Assembly: GCA_032718475.1 (NCBI GenBank)
Contig: JAUCBJ010008853.1
Coordinates: forward strand, 3,098 to 67,097
DNA from: Nemertoderma westbladi
Taxonomy: Eukaryota; Animalia; Xenacoelomorpha
Length of the DNA: 64,000 nt
Direction: 5' to 3'
Every line of letters starts with the position of its first letter. The stretch's first letter is position 1. The position numbers were made by a program, and so were the translations under genes. Positions 51,469 to 61,985 of the stretch are shown in pieces. Under the pieces are notes generated by a model. It ran no database searches. It saw only the letters and a list, made by a program, of their open reading frames with translations, and was not told the DNA's origin.

Positions 51469-53499
51469 TTAGTCATCCATCCAGTCGCACTGGCGTCCGT
51501 AGTGCCCCCAGAAGCTGCACTTCGAACACCGGTTGTGCAACCGTGGACATGCCCCCATCCTGTGGCACGACTCGCGGCAGTAGAGACAACTAGTCCCTTT
51601 CTGGAACCGGTACAAACAGCTCCTTTCCTGGTGGGTTTGCCTCCCACAGTAATCACAGCCGAGCACCAATGTCTCCCGCCCCTCGTCGTCTTTCGTCCCA
51701 AGCGATCTCCGCGGTCTGTGGAGTCGCTGGTAAGCGAACTTCTGGACGTTAGTGTCCCTGTCCACGTCGATCTCCTCGCCCCTCCCGGGCATCGTCTCAC
51801 CGAATACTACCCGTGGTGCCGTTCCCGGTTGCTCGCCCAACCTGATGGTGCTCCCCGCGAAATCCATCGCCGGCTCCTCATGCACCCAGGCCCGCTTGCT
51901 GGGTCTATCCCAGAAGGCCCTCGCCCCACTAGCCGTCACCACCCTCCTGCTAACCCAGTCCGTGTCCGAGTGGCCGATTCTCCCGATGGGCGGCATCTCT
52001 CCAAACTCGTCATCATCCTCGTCCTCCTCTGGGAGTGGCTCCAACCCCGGTATCCCGGTGGACCCACTGTGTCCCTTCCCGCCTTGGCTCTCGCTCGTGA
52101 CTTTCCATCCTTCCAACTCCCCTAGCCTCTTTAGCGGGTGATCGCCCTCGGCGCCCGCTGGTATGGGCATCATCTCCAATCCCGATGTCGCCTGTTTCGG
52201 TGATCCCACCATCCACCCTAATTCTCGCCCTAGAGACTCCCCCGAACTCCCTGATGACGTCCATCGAAGTTCGTCTAAGGCCGCCTGTTCCTCGAAGCCG
52301 TAGCTCTGCGCTCTAGCTTCTTCCTCCCTTTCCTCTGCCTCTCTCCTTTCATGTCTAGCGATTTCTTCCAATCGCTTCGCTTCTCGTCTATCCGCCTCTA
52401 GCTGCTCCCATCTCTGATATGGCGTATCTACCTCCCCGTCTACCAGATGTCGGCAGTTATAGTACACCGACTCGCCCTTCAGCCCTGGGAGGTCTACTAG
52501 ACCCTCGAAAGCCGTCTTGAAGGCTCTTCTGTAGCTTCGGGGTGATCCCGATAGCAGGAATGCTGTTGGTTCCCTCTCGATAACCACGGTCATGAATAGG
52601 TTAAGCGAACCCATCATTATCCAGTCCTCCTGTAGGATATATCGCTTCTGATATACCTTTATCGCTCCTCTCTGGAATTGATACACCTCTTGTTTCCCTG
52701 GCCTTTTCCCTGGCGAGTTCGCCAACTCCACTCCGTACTCCTCTCTGAACTTACTCCAGTCCATAGGTTTGTGACACACGAGCCCCATTAGCTGGCCCAT
52801 CGCCACCGCTCCACAATGGCGTGAGTTCTCCACTAGTCCCAACCCGTCTGGTGTTGTCATAGCCACGTAGACCGTCTGCATGTCCAGAAGGTTGGGGGTG
52901 TCCGGACTGATGATTCTCTCCGCATCGTCGCAAATCGCCGATCCCACTTTCGTCCTCGACTTCTCTCTCACTAGGGTTTGCACTGCCTTCGGCAACCGGT
53001 TCAACTTCGGCCCGTCCTTCTTCCCATACGTCCCTAGATCGAATAGGAATATATCTCCATTTGGCGCGCCCAAATTTAGGAGTATGGTTCTGGCCGACCC
53101 CGCCGATCCTCTCCTCGAACCCTCCTCGTCTTCCACGGTCCCCTCATCGTCTAGGATCATGTATCCTCCTCTGCTGACGGACTCTACGAACCTCTTCCAA
53201 TCCTTTCTCGGTAGCTCTCTTGCGTACTTCGGAATCCCGAACTTCGCTTCGTCTCCTTTCACCACATAGTGGAAATGCTCAAAGATCACGTTGTGCAGCG
53301 ACGGCGTCCCATAGGTCCCGACCAGCCGCTGTTCATGCACCTCCCTGAAATGGTCCTGTAGCGCTCGCGCCTTGTGACCTCTCTCTAACCGCTCGTAGTA
53401 TCCCCTCGTCTTCTCTTCCGGATGCCTCTCGGTGAAATCCACCAGTATCTCCTTTCCTCCTAACTCCACCTTTCTCTTTCGGACAAGCTTCCCTGCCAT
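51469..53499 (-). CDS. Accessory ORF: DEDDy-like 3'-5' exonuclease + coiled coil + triple zinc knuckle (676 aa; the frame continues past the stop to 51091)
   Basis: ExoI ILDDEG, IFLFDL, LPKAVQTLV, ExoII KVGSAICDD, LLDMQ, ExoIII QKRYILQED; C-terminal CDYC..H..C, CLYC..H..C, CSKC..GH..C. Confidence 0.8.
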   Translation of the reverse strand: MAGKLVRKRKVELGGKEILVDFTERHPEEKTRGYYERLERGHKARALQDHFREVHEQRLVGTYGTPSLHNVIFEHFHYVVKGDEAKFGIPKYARELPRKDWKRFVESVSRGGYMILDDEGTVEDEEGSRRGSAGSARTILLNLGAPNGDIFLFDLGTYGKKDGPKLNRLPKAVQTLVREKSRTKVGSAICDDAERIISPDTPNLLDMQTVYVAMTTPDGLGLVENSRHCGAVAMGQLMGLVCHKPMDWSKFREEYGVELANSPGKRPGKQEVYQFQRGAIKVYQKRYILQEDWIMMGSLNLFMTVVIEREPTAFLLSGSPRSYRRAFKTAFEGLVDLPGLKGESVYYNCRHLVDGEVDTPYQRWEQLEADRREAKRLEEIARHERREAEEREEEARAQSYGFEEQAALDELRWTSSGSSGESLGRELGWMVGSPKQATSGLEMMPIPAGAEGDHPLKRLGELEGWKVTSESQGGKGHSGSTGIPGLEPLPEEDEDDDEFGEMPPIGRIGHSDTDWVSRRVVTASGARAFWDRPSKRAWVHEEPAMDFAGSTIRLGEQPGTAPRVVFGETMPGRGEEIDVDRDTNVQKFAYQRLHRPRRSLGTKDDEGRETLVLGCDYCGRQTHQERSCLYRFQKGTSCLYCRESCHRMGACPRLHNRCSKCSFWGHYGRQCDWMDD

Positions 53500-53974
53500 C
53501 TCTAACTCTCCTCAATCGCTCACCTGTAAGGTGGTGCCTTGCCAAGGCGCAGTACAGATGAGTGATAAAGTTAGGATGGTCTGTACAGTTCGACAATGGC
53601 CTATCTCTTACTTAACTTGAGTTTTCGCCTAATTTTCCCTACTTAATTTCTAAAACTGCTAAATTGTACCCTAAATTGTAATTTTGTCCGCTACTTTAAT
53701 TATGTTCCAGAATATTTTTCCCTACTGTTACCATAATTTGTTTAATTTCTACCTTTTATTTTTATTTTTAATCTAATTCAATCCTACTACTGTGTTACTA
53801 CTTCTGCCAATGGATTATTTTACTTTATAATCCACACTCTGGCCTATTTTGTGGGCTTGTGCAGTACAACAGTATGCGTCGTGTGGCCTACACGATTTAT
53901 CCAGCTGTACTCACGTGCCCCCCTCTCGCTACTCACTACTAACTAATATCTATATTATATATATACCCTTCTAC

Positions 53975-54680
53975 CACTAACTTCTAACTAACTTCTACTA
54001 ACCGGTACTACGTACCCTCTTACTAACTTCTGACTGACTTCTACTAACCAGTACTACGTACCCTCTTACTAACCTCTAACTAACTCCTACTAACCGGTAC
54101 TATGTACCCTCTTACTAACCTCTAACTAACTCCTACTAACCGGTACTACATACCCTCTTACTAACCTCTAACTAACTCCTACTAACCGGTACTACGTACC
54201 CTCTTACTAACCTCTAACTAACTCCTACTAACCGGTACTACGTACCCTCTTACTAACCTCTAACTAACTCCTACTAACCGGTACTATGTACCCTCTTACT
54301 AACCTCTAACTAACTCCTACTAACCGGTACTACATACCCTCTTACTAACCTCTAACTAACTCCTACTAACCGGTACTACGTACCCTCTTACTAACCTCTA
54401 ACTCTCTCTCAACTAACGGTACTACGTACCCTCTTACTAACCTCTATCTCTCTCTCAACTAACGGTACTACGTACCCTCTTACTACTAACTCTTACTAAC
54501 TAACGGTACTACGTACCCTCTTACTACTAACTCTTACTAACTAACTAACGGTACTACGTACCCTCTTACTACTAACTCTTACTAACTAACTAATGGTACT
54601 ACGTACCCTCTTACTACTAACTCTTACTAACTAACTAATGGTACTACGTACCCTCTTACTATTAACTAATTATCTAACTA
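53975..54680. repeat. ~46-bp tandem array (GGTACTACGTACCCTCTTACTAACCTCTAACTAACTCCTACTAACC), ~15 units
   Basis: Direct repeats with a gradient of unit variants, between pol and the accessory ORF. Confidence 0.95.
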
Positions 54681-54812
54681 TCTGCCTACTTACTCTTTCT
54701 TTTCTTTTCTTTTCATTTCTTTATTTATTTTTATTTTTAAGTGTGGGAAGGGCGTCTTGCCCTCAATCCCACCCCCCTCAGTCCAAAACTTGGACGATTA
54801 AACTCTACTCGT

Positions 54813-57800
54813 CTAAGGTGCTCCCTCTAGTAGGCAGCACTTCCCTACAGCCCTCCTGTAGGTCTTCCTATCTTTCGCTCCTATCTTACCACCTATCCGC
54901 ACTTCTACCGATCGGACTCTTCCGTCCTCGCCGGAGTAAGTGCCCACAACTCTCGCCAACCGCCATTGGTTGTTGATGATGGTATCGTCCGTGACGATCA
55001 CCAGATCACCCTCCTTTAGCTCTCTATTCGTATCCCTCCACTTGCTTCTCCTATGGAGCGTGGGTAGATATTCCTCGACCCACCTCCTCCAGTACTCTGC
55101 GCTTATTGCCTTAGCGACTTTCCAACTCTGTCGGGAGTGTATATCGTCTGGGTCTACACCCCACATGTCGATGGTCGCCGGCCTCTCCATTAGAAAGTGA
55201 CTGGGCGTCAGCACATCTAATGACTCTGGGTCATCATTTTCTGGATATAGCGGTCTGCTATTAATGATACCCTCACATTTTGCTAGTACCGTCCTTAGTA
55301 CGTCCTCGGTAACCATGTGGGTGTTCATCAACTTCGTCATCAGATGCTTGGAACTACCCACGAGTCTCTCGACGCATCCTAGAGTATGCGGAGCATACGG
55401 CGTCCTCCTCTCCCACTTCACCTGTTGTCTTCTCATGGCTGCCCTGACTTCCTCCCCTTCCAGGATATCCAAGGCCGCTGCCATCCCATTCTCTGCCCCC
55501 ACAAAGTTGGTTCCGTTATCGGAGTATATTACTGCGATCGTCCCACCTTTGCGGTCTCTGAACCTTTCTAGGGCATTAATGAATGCCGATGCGGTTGCAT
55601 CTTGGGTGAGTTCTATCCCTACCGCTCGCGTGTTGTTACATACGAAGATAATACCGTAGCGTTTCTCCGTGTGTCGCATCACCTTAATCTTTATCGGCCC
55701 GAACATATCCACACCGCAGTGCGTGAATGGCGGGTCATGTTGTCTCACTCTGCTGGCCGGTAGTGGCACCATCTCCTGTATGGCCCGCTCCTTCTTCGTT
55801 CGTCGGCAGGTCTGGCACTGCCCCACTACTGCCTCTACCTTCTTCCTTAACTGTTTGACCCAAAAGGTCCTTCGTATCTCCGTGAGGGTTCGGTTGGTGC
55901 CCCCATGCAATATCGACTTATGGGAGTCCCAGATGATCTGGTGGACTATCGGCGATCCATTAGGGATGATGATGGGCTTTGGCGGAATGATAATACTGTT
56001 GTTACTCAACACCCTAGAGTTCATTACTAAGATCCTGTCATCATTGAGTTGTGGCGACAGCGCGATCAGCTCACTGTCCCGTCGGAGATGCTGTTGTCTA
56101 CCGACGCATTCCACCTTGTCGCTGTAATTCTTTCTCTGTTCATAGCGGATAACGGCTTTGGCCGCTCCCTCCAGATCGATGGTTGTTCTAATTTTTACGT
56201 CTTTGCCGACTCCCTTGAGGAAATCCCCGAAGGCTCTGCAGTACGCCACTAACTTCTTGGTCTTGTACCAACTAGAGCTGTAGCTAAGGAGTTTGTCCGT
56301 CGGGTTATCGCACAGTTCTTCCGATTTTAGTTGCACGTCCCTTATCTCCCTCACCATCTGGCTATATATTTCCTCACCTTCTGAATCTCCTCCCTCTTCC
56401 TCTAACGCTACTTGCTCTGCGCCCGGGTCCACCTTTCTCATCGGCGGCCAGGCTGTCTTATCATTTAGTAATTGCGGCCCATGCTGCCACAATACTTCCT
56501 TCTTAAAGAAAGTGTGGCATGCCACGCCCCTCGATAACAAGTCTGCTGGGTTCTCGTCCATTGGGCAGTAGTGCCACCTTTCTAACTCTGTGGTCGCCCT
56601 TATTTCGTCCACCCTGTTTGCGACGAATATAGGGTATCTCGTCCTTTCGTTATGTAGCCAACCAAGCACTACCATGGAATCCGTCCAGTAGTGTGTTTCC
56701 ACTATGTTGGGAATAGCGCCCATCAAGTAGGCTGTGGCCCTAACTCCTAACCTCGCAGCTGTCAACTCGAGTTTCGGAACTGATGCTGAATCTGGTGGCG
56801 TCGACTTCGCTTTGCTGAATGCGAGTCTGGGCTTGTGAGCCCCCTCTCATTGTACTAAGTAGAGTGCCGCTCCGTATGCCTCTAATGATGCATCGGAAAA
56901 CATGTGTAGATCCAGATTCATCATGTCCCCATCCGGGAAATACACGCGTGGCATGCTGTATGTTCCCATCTGCTCTAAACTCTCTGTCCACTTACACCAC
57001 TGCTTGCTGATCTCTTCCGGTACCTCTGTGTCCCACTCGTCCTTTAGTTTGTATACTCTCTTGAGTATCTGTTTCCCCGTGACTAATAATGGGGATGCTA
57101 GGCCTAGGGGATCGTATATCCTTGCTATGTACGAAACATAGCCCCTCTTTGTGTGGATGTCTGCGCCCTCCTGATTCAACTGGTATTTCAACTTGTCTGT
57201 CTCTCGGTTCCACACGATCCCTAGTGCCTTCTGTTGGGACTCTACTCTCTTGTTCGCCATGTCCTGTCCCTTGGCTGTCGTGGGATTATCCATGGTCGAC
57301 TCTGGCCTCCTGTCCTCTATGGCTTTCATGAACTCTTGCGAGCTGGATTGGAACTTGGTTAGGTTGAACCCGGATCCTTTTAGGATGTCGCGAACCTCGC
57401 ACCCCGTATCCAGTAGTTCCTTAACCGTATTTCCAGACTCCATCCCGTCGTCTACATAGAAGCCGCGTCGAATCATATCAACGGCTTTGTCGCTGAATTT
57501 ATCTTCCTTCCCTTCTACTGTGTCTCTTACGGCCACAGTCGTCGTAAATGAAGACGACTTGGCTCCCATATTCTGTACTACCATCTTATACATCGGTATG
57601 GTCGACGGTTCCTCGTCGCCGTGTACCATAGAACGTCGCTGTCGCTATCCTCTTCCGTTACACGGACTTGGTTGAACATGCCTTCGATGTCGCAGGTGAA
57701 GGCGTGTTTCCCGTTCCTGAATCTAAGTAAGACCTCTATCCCTGAGTTGTAGATATTGGGACCCTCCAGCAGATAATCGTTTAGGCATTTGCCGTTGGTC

Positions 57801-58850
57801 TTAGCTGATGCGTCAACTACCATCCGCAGTTTACCTTTCTTCGGGTCTAGAGCCACGTGGAGTGGCAGGTAATAGGTCCTGTCCGTGTTTGGTTCGTCGA
57901 CCGGTAGCTCTACGGCCCATCCTTTCTCGACATACTTCCTAATCGTCTTATGAATGTACTCATTCTTTTCGGGGCTCCGTTTTAGCGTCTGCTTCAACTT
58001 ACGAAGCCTCGTGAGTACCATTCCTCTGTTGTCGGGTAGCGGTAGCTTCGGTAGCTTCCATACCATTCCTATGGTATACCGCCCCTCGTCGCACCTCATC
58101 GACTCCTTTACGCTCTGTAGAGCCTGTTTATCTTCTACCGAGGTTCCGACCCCGGTCTCTTTTAATCCCTCAAAATCCTGCCTGAGCAGTCTCCTGAGCT
58201 GCTCCTCCGCTCCCTCATCTCCCATCTCTCGCATAGTTCCCGCGAACATGCAGCCTGATGTCTCCGACATCCTAAATGGTATCTTGCTCTTAATTGGGCC
58301 GCTCAGCGTCCACCCGAATGGTGTTAAAATCGCCACCGGGTCACACTGCCTGTCTTCGCCGAAGACCGTTTGCATTCTCTCGTGGGCCGTCGGGCAGTCC
58401 ATTCCTACTATAATGGATACCTTCCTAACGTCCACCTCTGGGATTGAGAAGTCGATACTGTCCAGGAATTTATATTGTTCGACCTCGATGTTGGTTGGCC
58501 GCCTGGCGTTGATATTTATCGACTCTATCACCTGGATGGGGTCGATGGTCGCCCCATAGTCGCATCCTGGTGCTATCGCTGCTATCGCGCACCGTCCGGT
58601 CCTCATCTCCAGGACCTCATCTTTGCTGGAGATGGTTGTTACCGCCATTCTACTTGGCCTCGTTCTCAATCCTATCTCTTCGGCCACCCAGTTCTCGACT
58701 AATGTGAAGGCTGCTCCACTGTCGACCAGCATCAGTGTGGTCACTGATCGATTGCCTTCCCCGATCACTCGCACTGGTACTACCCCAAGTAGTACCGTTC
58801 CTCTCTTCTTTGCCCCTACGGTGCTCGTTGCCATCGTCTGACCTTTACTT
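54813..58850 (-). pseudogene. pol: pol of element 3 (PR-RT-RH-IN), a few frameshifts
   Basis: MLVDSGA, CDIEGMFNQV, FYVDDG, HMFSDAS, WTDS, HGG..CQTC, GVDMFGP, SDNGTNF, GCVERLV. Breaks near 57640 and 56850. Confidence 0.95.
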
Positions 58851-60352
58851 TGACCGAACTTAATTGGCGTTTCCTTGCATTGGTTGGCTCTATGTCCACT
58901 CATCACACATCGTGAGCAGATTTCATTTCTTCTCGCGTATTCTACCTGATCTTCCCTGGGTAGCGCTTGCCAGTACCTGCAGTTCATGGTCTGATGAAGT
59001 GCATTTGTGATGTAATTGGCATTTGCTCTTTGGGTTGTAGCCGTCCTTATAAAGTGCGTTGCATATCGCACTTATGTTTGTACCAAAGTCCCTACTATTC
59101 TTATTGTTTGGGTTCGGCCTACTGGGCGTGCTGGGGTTATGTTTATTTGTGTTGTTATTTTTCCCCTGTCCGCTCCATGATGTGGTCTTACCCCCGGCTA
59201 CTTGTGGACTAGCAGTCCCCTGCGTTGCTGCGTACGGCAGTGACTGTCTGAGCTTTGGCAATGCGTTCGACGCGTTGTGTTCTGGTTTCGGTCTGTGGTA
59301 ATCGGTCTTTGGTCCCTTTCCCAGGCTATCCTCGCTATAGACTGGGTCTGTTATTAATTCGGCTTCATAGTTCAAGAAGCTCGACATTTCTTCTAAACCC
59401 GGTTCCGCACCCTTCTTATCTCGAGTGGTGAAAGCGATTTTCCTCCACTTATTACGCATCCAGATCGGCAGTGCCTGTGCTATCGTGGTGATGTTGTTAG
59501 ACGCGTTGAGTTCGTATGGTGCGTCTAGCGTCTTTAGTACGATTAGCGCCTTCTCAACCTTGTTCGCAAACGTCTTTATGCTAACGGGATTATCCTGTAG
59601 GCCACCCGATGTTATACCTCTCAGGGTCTGCCGGATGATCTTGGCCGGGTGCCCGTACTCCCTGTCTAATGCCCGCCATGCTGTCGTGAAGCCGCCCTCG
59701 ATACCCTGGTATTGCCTCACGATATCGTATGCTGGGCATCCTGTATATACTTGTAGATATTTTAGGCACTCCGCCTGCGTCAAGTTCTTTGTTAGTATTT
59801 CGTTACTATACATGCGCCGAAACTGTAGGTATTCTTCCGGCCTACTTCCATCGAATTTGAATGGTTCCACGGGTGGTAACTCGATCCTAGTTTTTAATGC
59901 ATCGATTAATGTAGCCATTCCCATCGCTTGCGCTTCCAATGGGTTCGATGGATGCCATATAGGTTCTCCCATTGGGTGCGGTCCGTTCGTCCTGTCTGAC
60001 GCTTTTCTTTGACTTATATCATTGGGGGTAGCGGCCCCCTGCATATTTTAGTGTCGCACGATCTATTCTTATCCCTATTGGGGTATATTGTTGATATTGT
60101 GATGGGGGAATGTCACCCTGCCCCCCCCCCCCCCCCCACCGGTATGTTTGATACTGGGGTTGATGTTAATATATTGGGGCCCATACACCTATCCACAATA
60201 ATTCTCCCCTCCCCTGGGTATATGTTATGTCCTTGCATGCTGTAGTCATACTGCTGTGCTGGTACCGGTATAGGCCTATCCACTTCTGGCCTACCTGCCG
60301 GTATATACTCCGCGACTTCCGGGTTTAGTCCCGTCGTCCGCGCTATCCTATT

Positions 60353-61064
60353 GCTTACATTATCTCTCCCAGCATGGCCTATGGTATGTGGGGCGAGACA
60401 CGCAGTCGGCGAGCCTTGGCATACGGTTCATATAGGGCAAATGGGGCATGTCCATCTGTCTGTCTGTCTGGCTGTCTGTCTGTCTGGTAAATGTTTGAAC
60501 GCGAATTTCTCTGCATCGCTGGTTCGGAATTGAACCAAACTTAGTAGGTAAGTAGTATAGAAAAAGTTTAGAAAGTTTGTAAAGTTTGGTGAAAAATCAT
60601 GCAGTCTGACGTCAGCTACGACAGATTATGTGGTTTTTAGAAAATGTTAAATTTCTCGGGAAGGCCTCATTTTCCTGAGCTTAAATTTTGGTGGCCTGTA
60701 GAGAATCATGAAGTCTATCTTTTACGAAATTGAAAAGTTAAGACATTTAATTGGGGATCCGCTAGAGACTCAGAAGTAATGACATAGGCCTACCGGTACG
60801 GTACTGCTGTACAGTGCTGCACTGGTAAGTACGAAATTGCAGAATAACAATTTGACACCACCTAGCGGATTAACATATGATTGTATATCGAATGAATACA
60901 TTTATAGCATGGGATATTGGGTCCAAACTAGACATGCCCCATTTGCTCTATATGAACCGTATGCCAAGGCTTGCCGACTACGTGCTGCGCGAAGTCCCCA
61001 CGAACGTGTGCAGTAAGGCCTACAGTATGTCCTGCAGTCTGTATGTGTCGCTCGGGATCAAAGT
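60353..61064. mobile_element. Helentron/DINE-1-like non-autonomous insertion in gag of element 3
   Basis: Removing it restores RRLNRIA at a TT site. ~49-bp inverted repeats (~60404-60452 and ~60931-60979) and a (CTGT)n microsatellite after the first repeat. Confidence 0.65.
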
Positions 61065-61799
61065 TTAACCTTCTCGAATAATCCTCCCCGCGGCTACCGT
61101 ACTCTCGATCGCTAGGTAGATCCCGTCGGGAAGTTTCTCTTCGACCCCCTCTACTGCTCTCGTCCTCGTACCGGTACATCCCGTACCCCCCTCTCGACGC
61201 GTAGTACGCCTCGTCAGGTCGCGTTTCTCCGGGCCGACGGCAATCTCCCGAAGTTCGACCCCACTGACTCTCCGTCTCCATCTCTACTACCGACGGCTCG
61301 CTGTCCGTCCTCGCTCTCCTGTCGTTCGCGACGACACTTCTTCTACTCTCTTCCCTTCTTCTCTCTGTAGTGCAGTATCCCCGGTCATGAGATCTCTCGT
61401 CGACCTCCCGGTTAAACTCCACTGTTCTTCTTCCCTCTTCTGATGGGCTCGACGCTTCGTCGCCTCGCCCTCTCGCGACGTCAACCTGTCTCTCTCTGCT
61501 CGATCGCACGCCGCTGGGGATACTCGCAATCCCCCTACTATTCTCCATCGCCGGGTGCTGCGGTTCACCTAATTCGCCCCGCGCATTGTCCGCCGACGCC
61601 TGTGGGGCATTCTTTCCCCCCCCCCTCTCGCCGCTAATCTCTCGTTGTGGGGCTCCTATAGCCCTCCCCCCCCCCCCCCCCCCCCCCCCGCTCGCCACCT
61701 ATCACTCCACCGCCTCTTACTTCACTTCTACACCCCTCTCTAGTCGACACACTAACCCTACTGCGGCTGGGTCTATTCACCCCCGCCTCTCCCTCTACT

Positions 61800-61985
61800 A
61801 CTGTGTGGCCTACCAGGCCCGCCACTTCCTGCCTACTAACTACGTGGCCTACCAGGCCCTCATTGGGTTGACTCAACCCCGCCACTTCCTGCCTACTAAC
61901 TACGTGGCCTACCAGGCCTTCATTGGGGTTTCTCACCCCCACCACCCCCTGCCTACTGACTACGTGGCCTACCAGGCTCTCATTT
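61800..61985 (-). repeat. 60-bp coding repeat in gag (NEGLVGHVVSRQEVAGL...)
   Basis: Three to four copies of ACGTGGCCTACCAGGC-containing units. Confidence 0.85.

Noticed and set aside
51043-52125. 360-aa plus-strand ORF and other plus-strand ORFs over gag/pol
   Set aside because: Antisense shadows of GC-rich coding sequence with no motifs.
53975-54680. CRISPR-like appearance of the 46-bp array
   Set aside because: No unique spacers, no cas genes, eukaryotic retrotransposon context.
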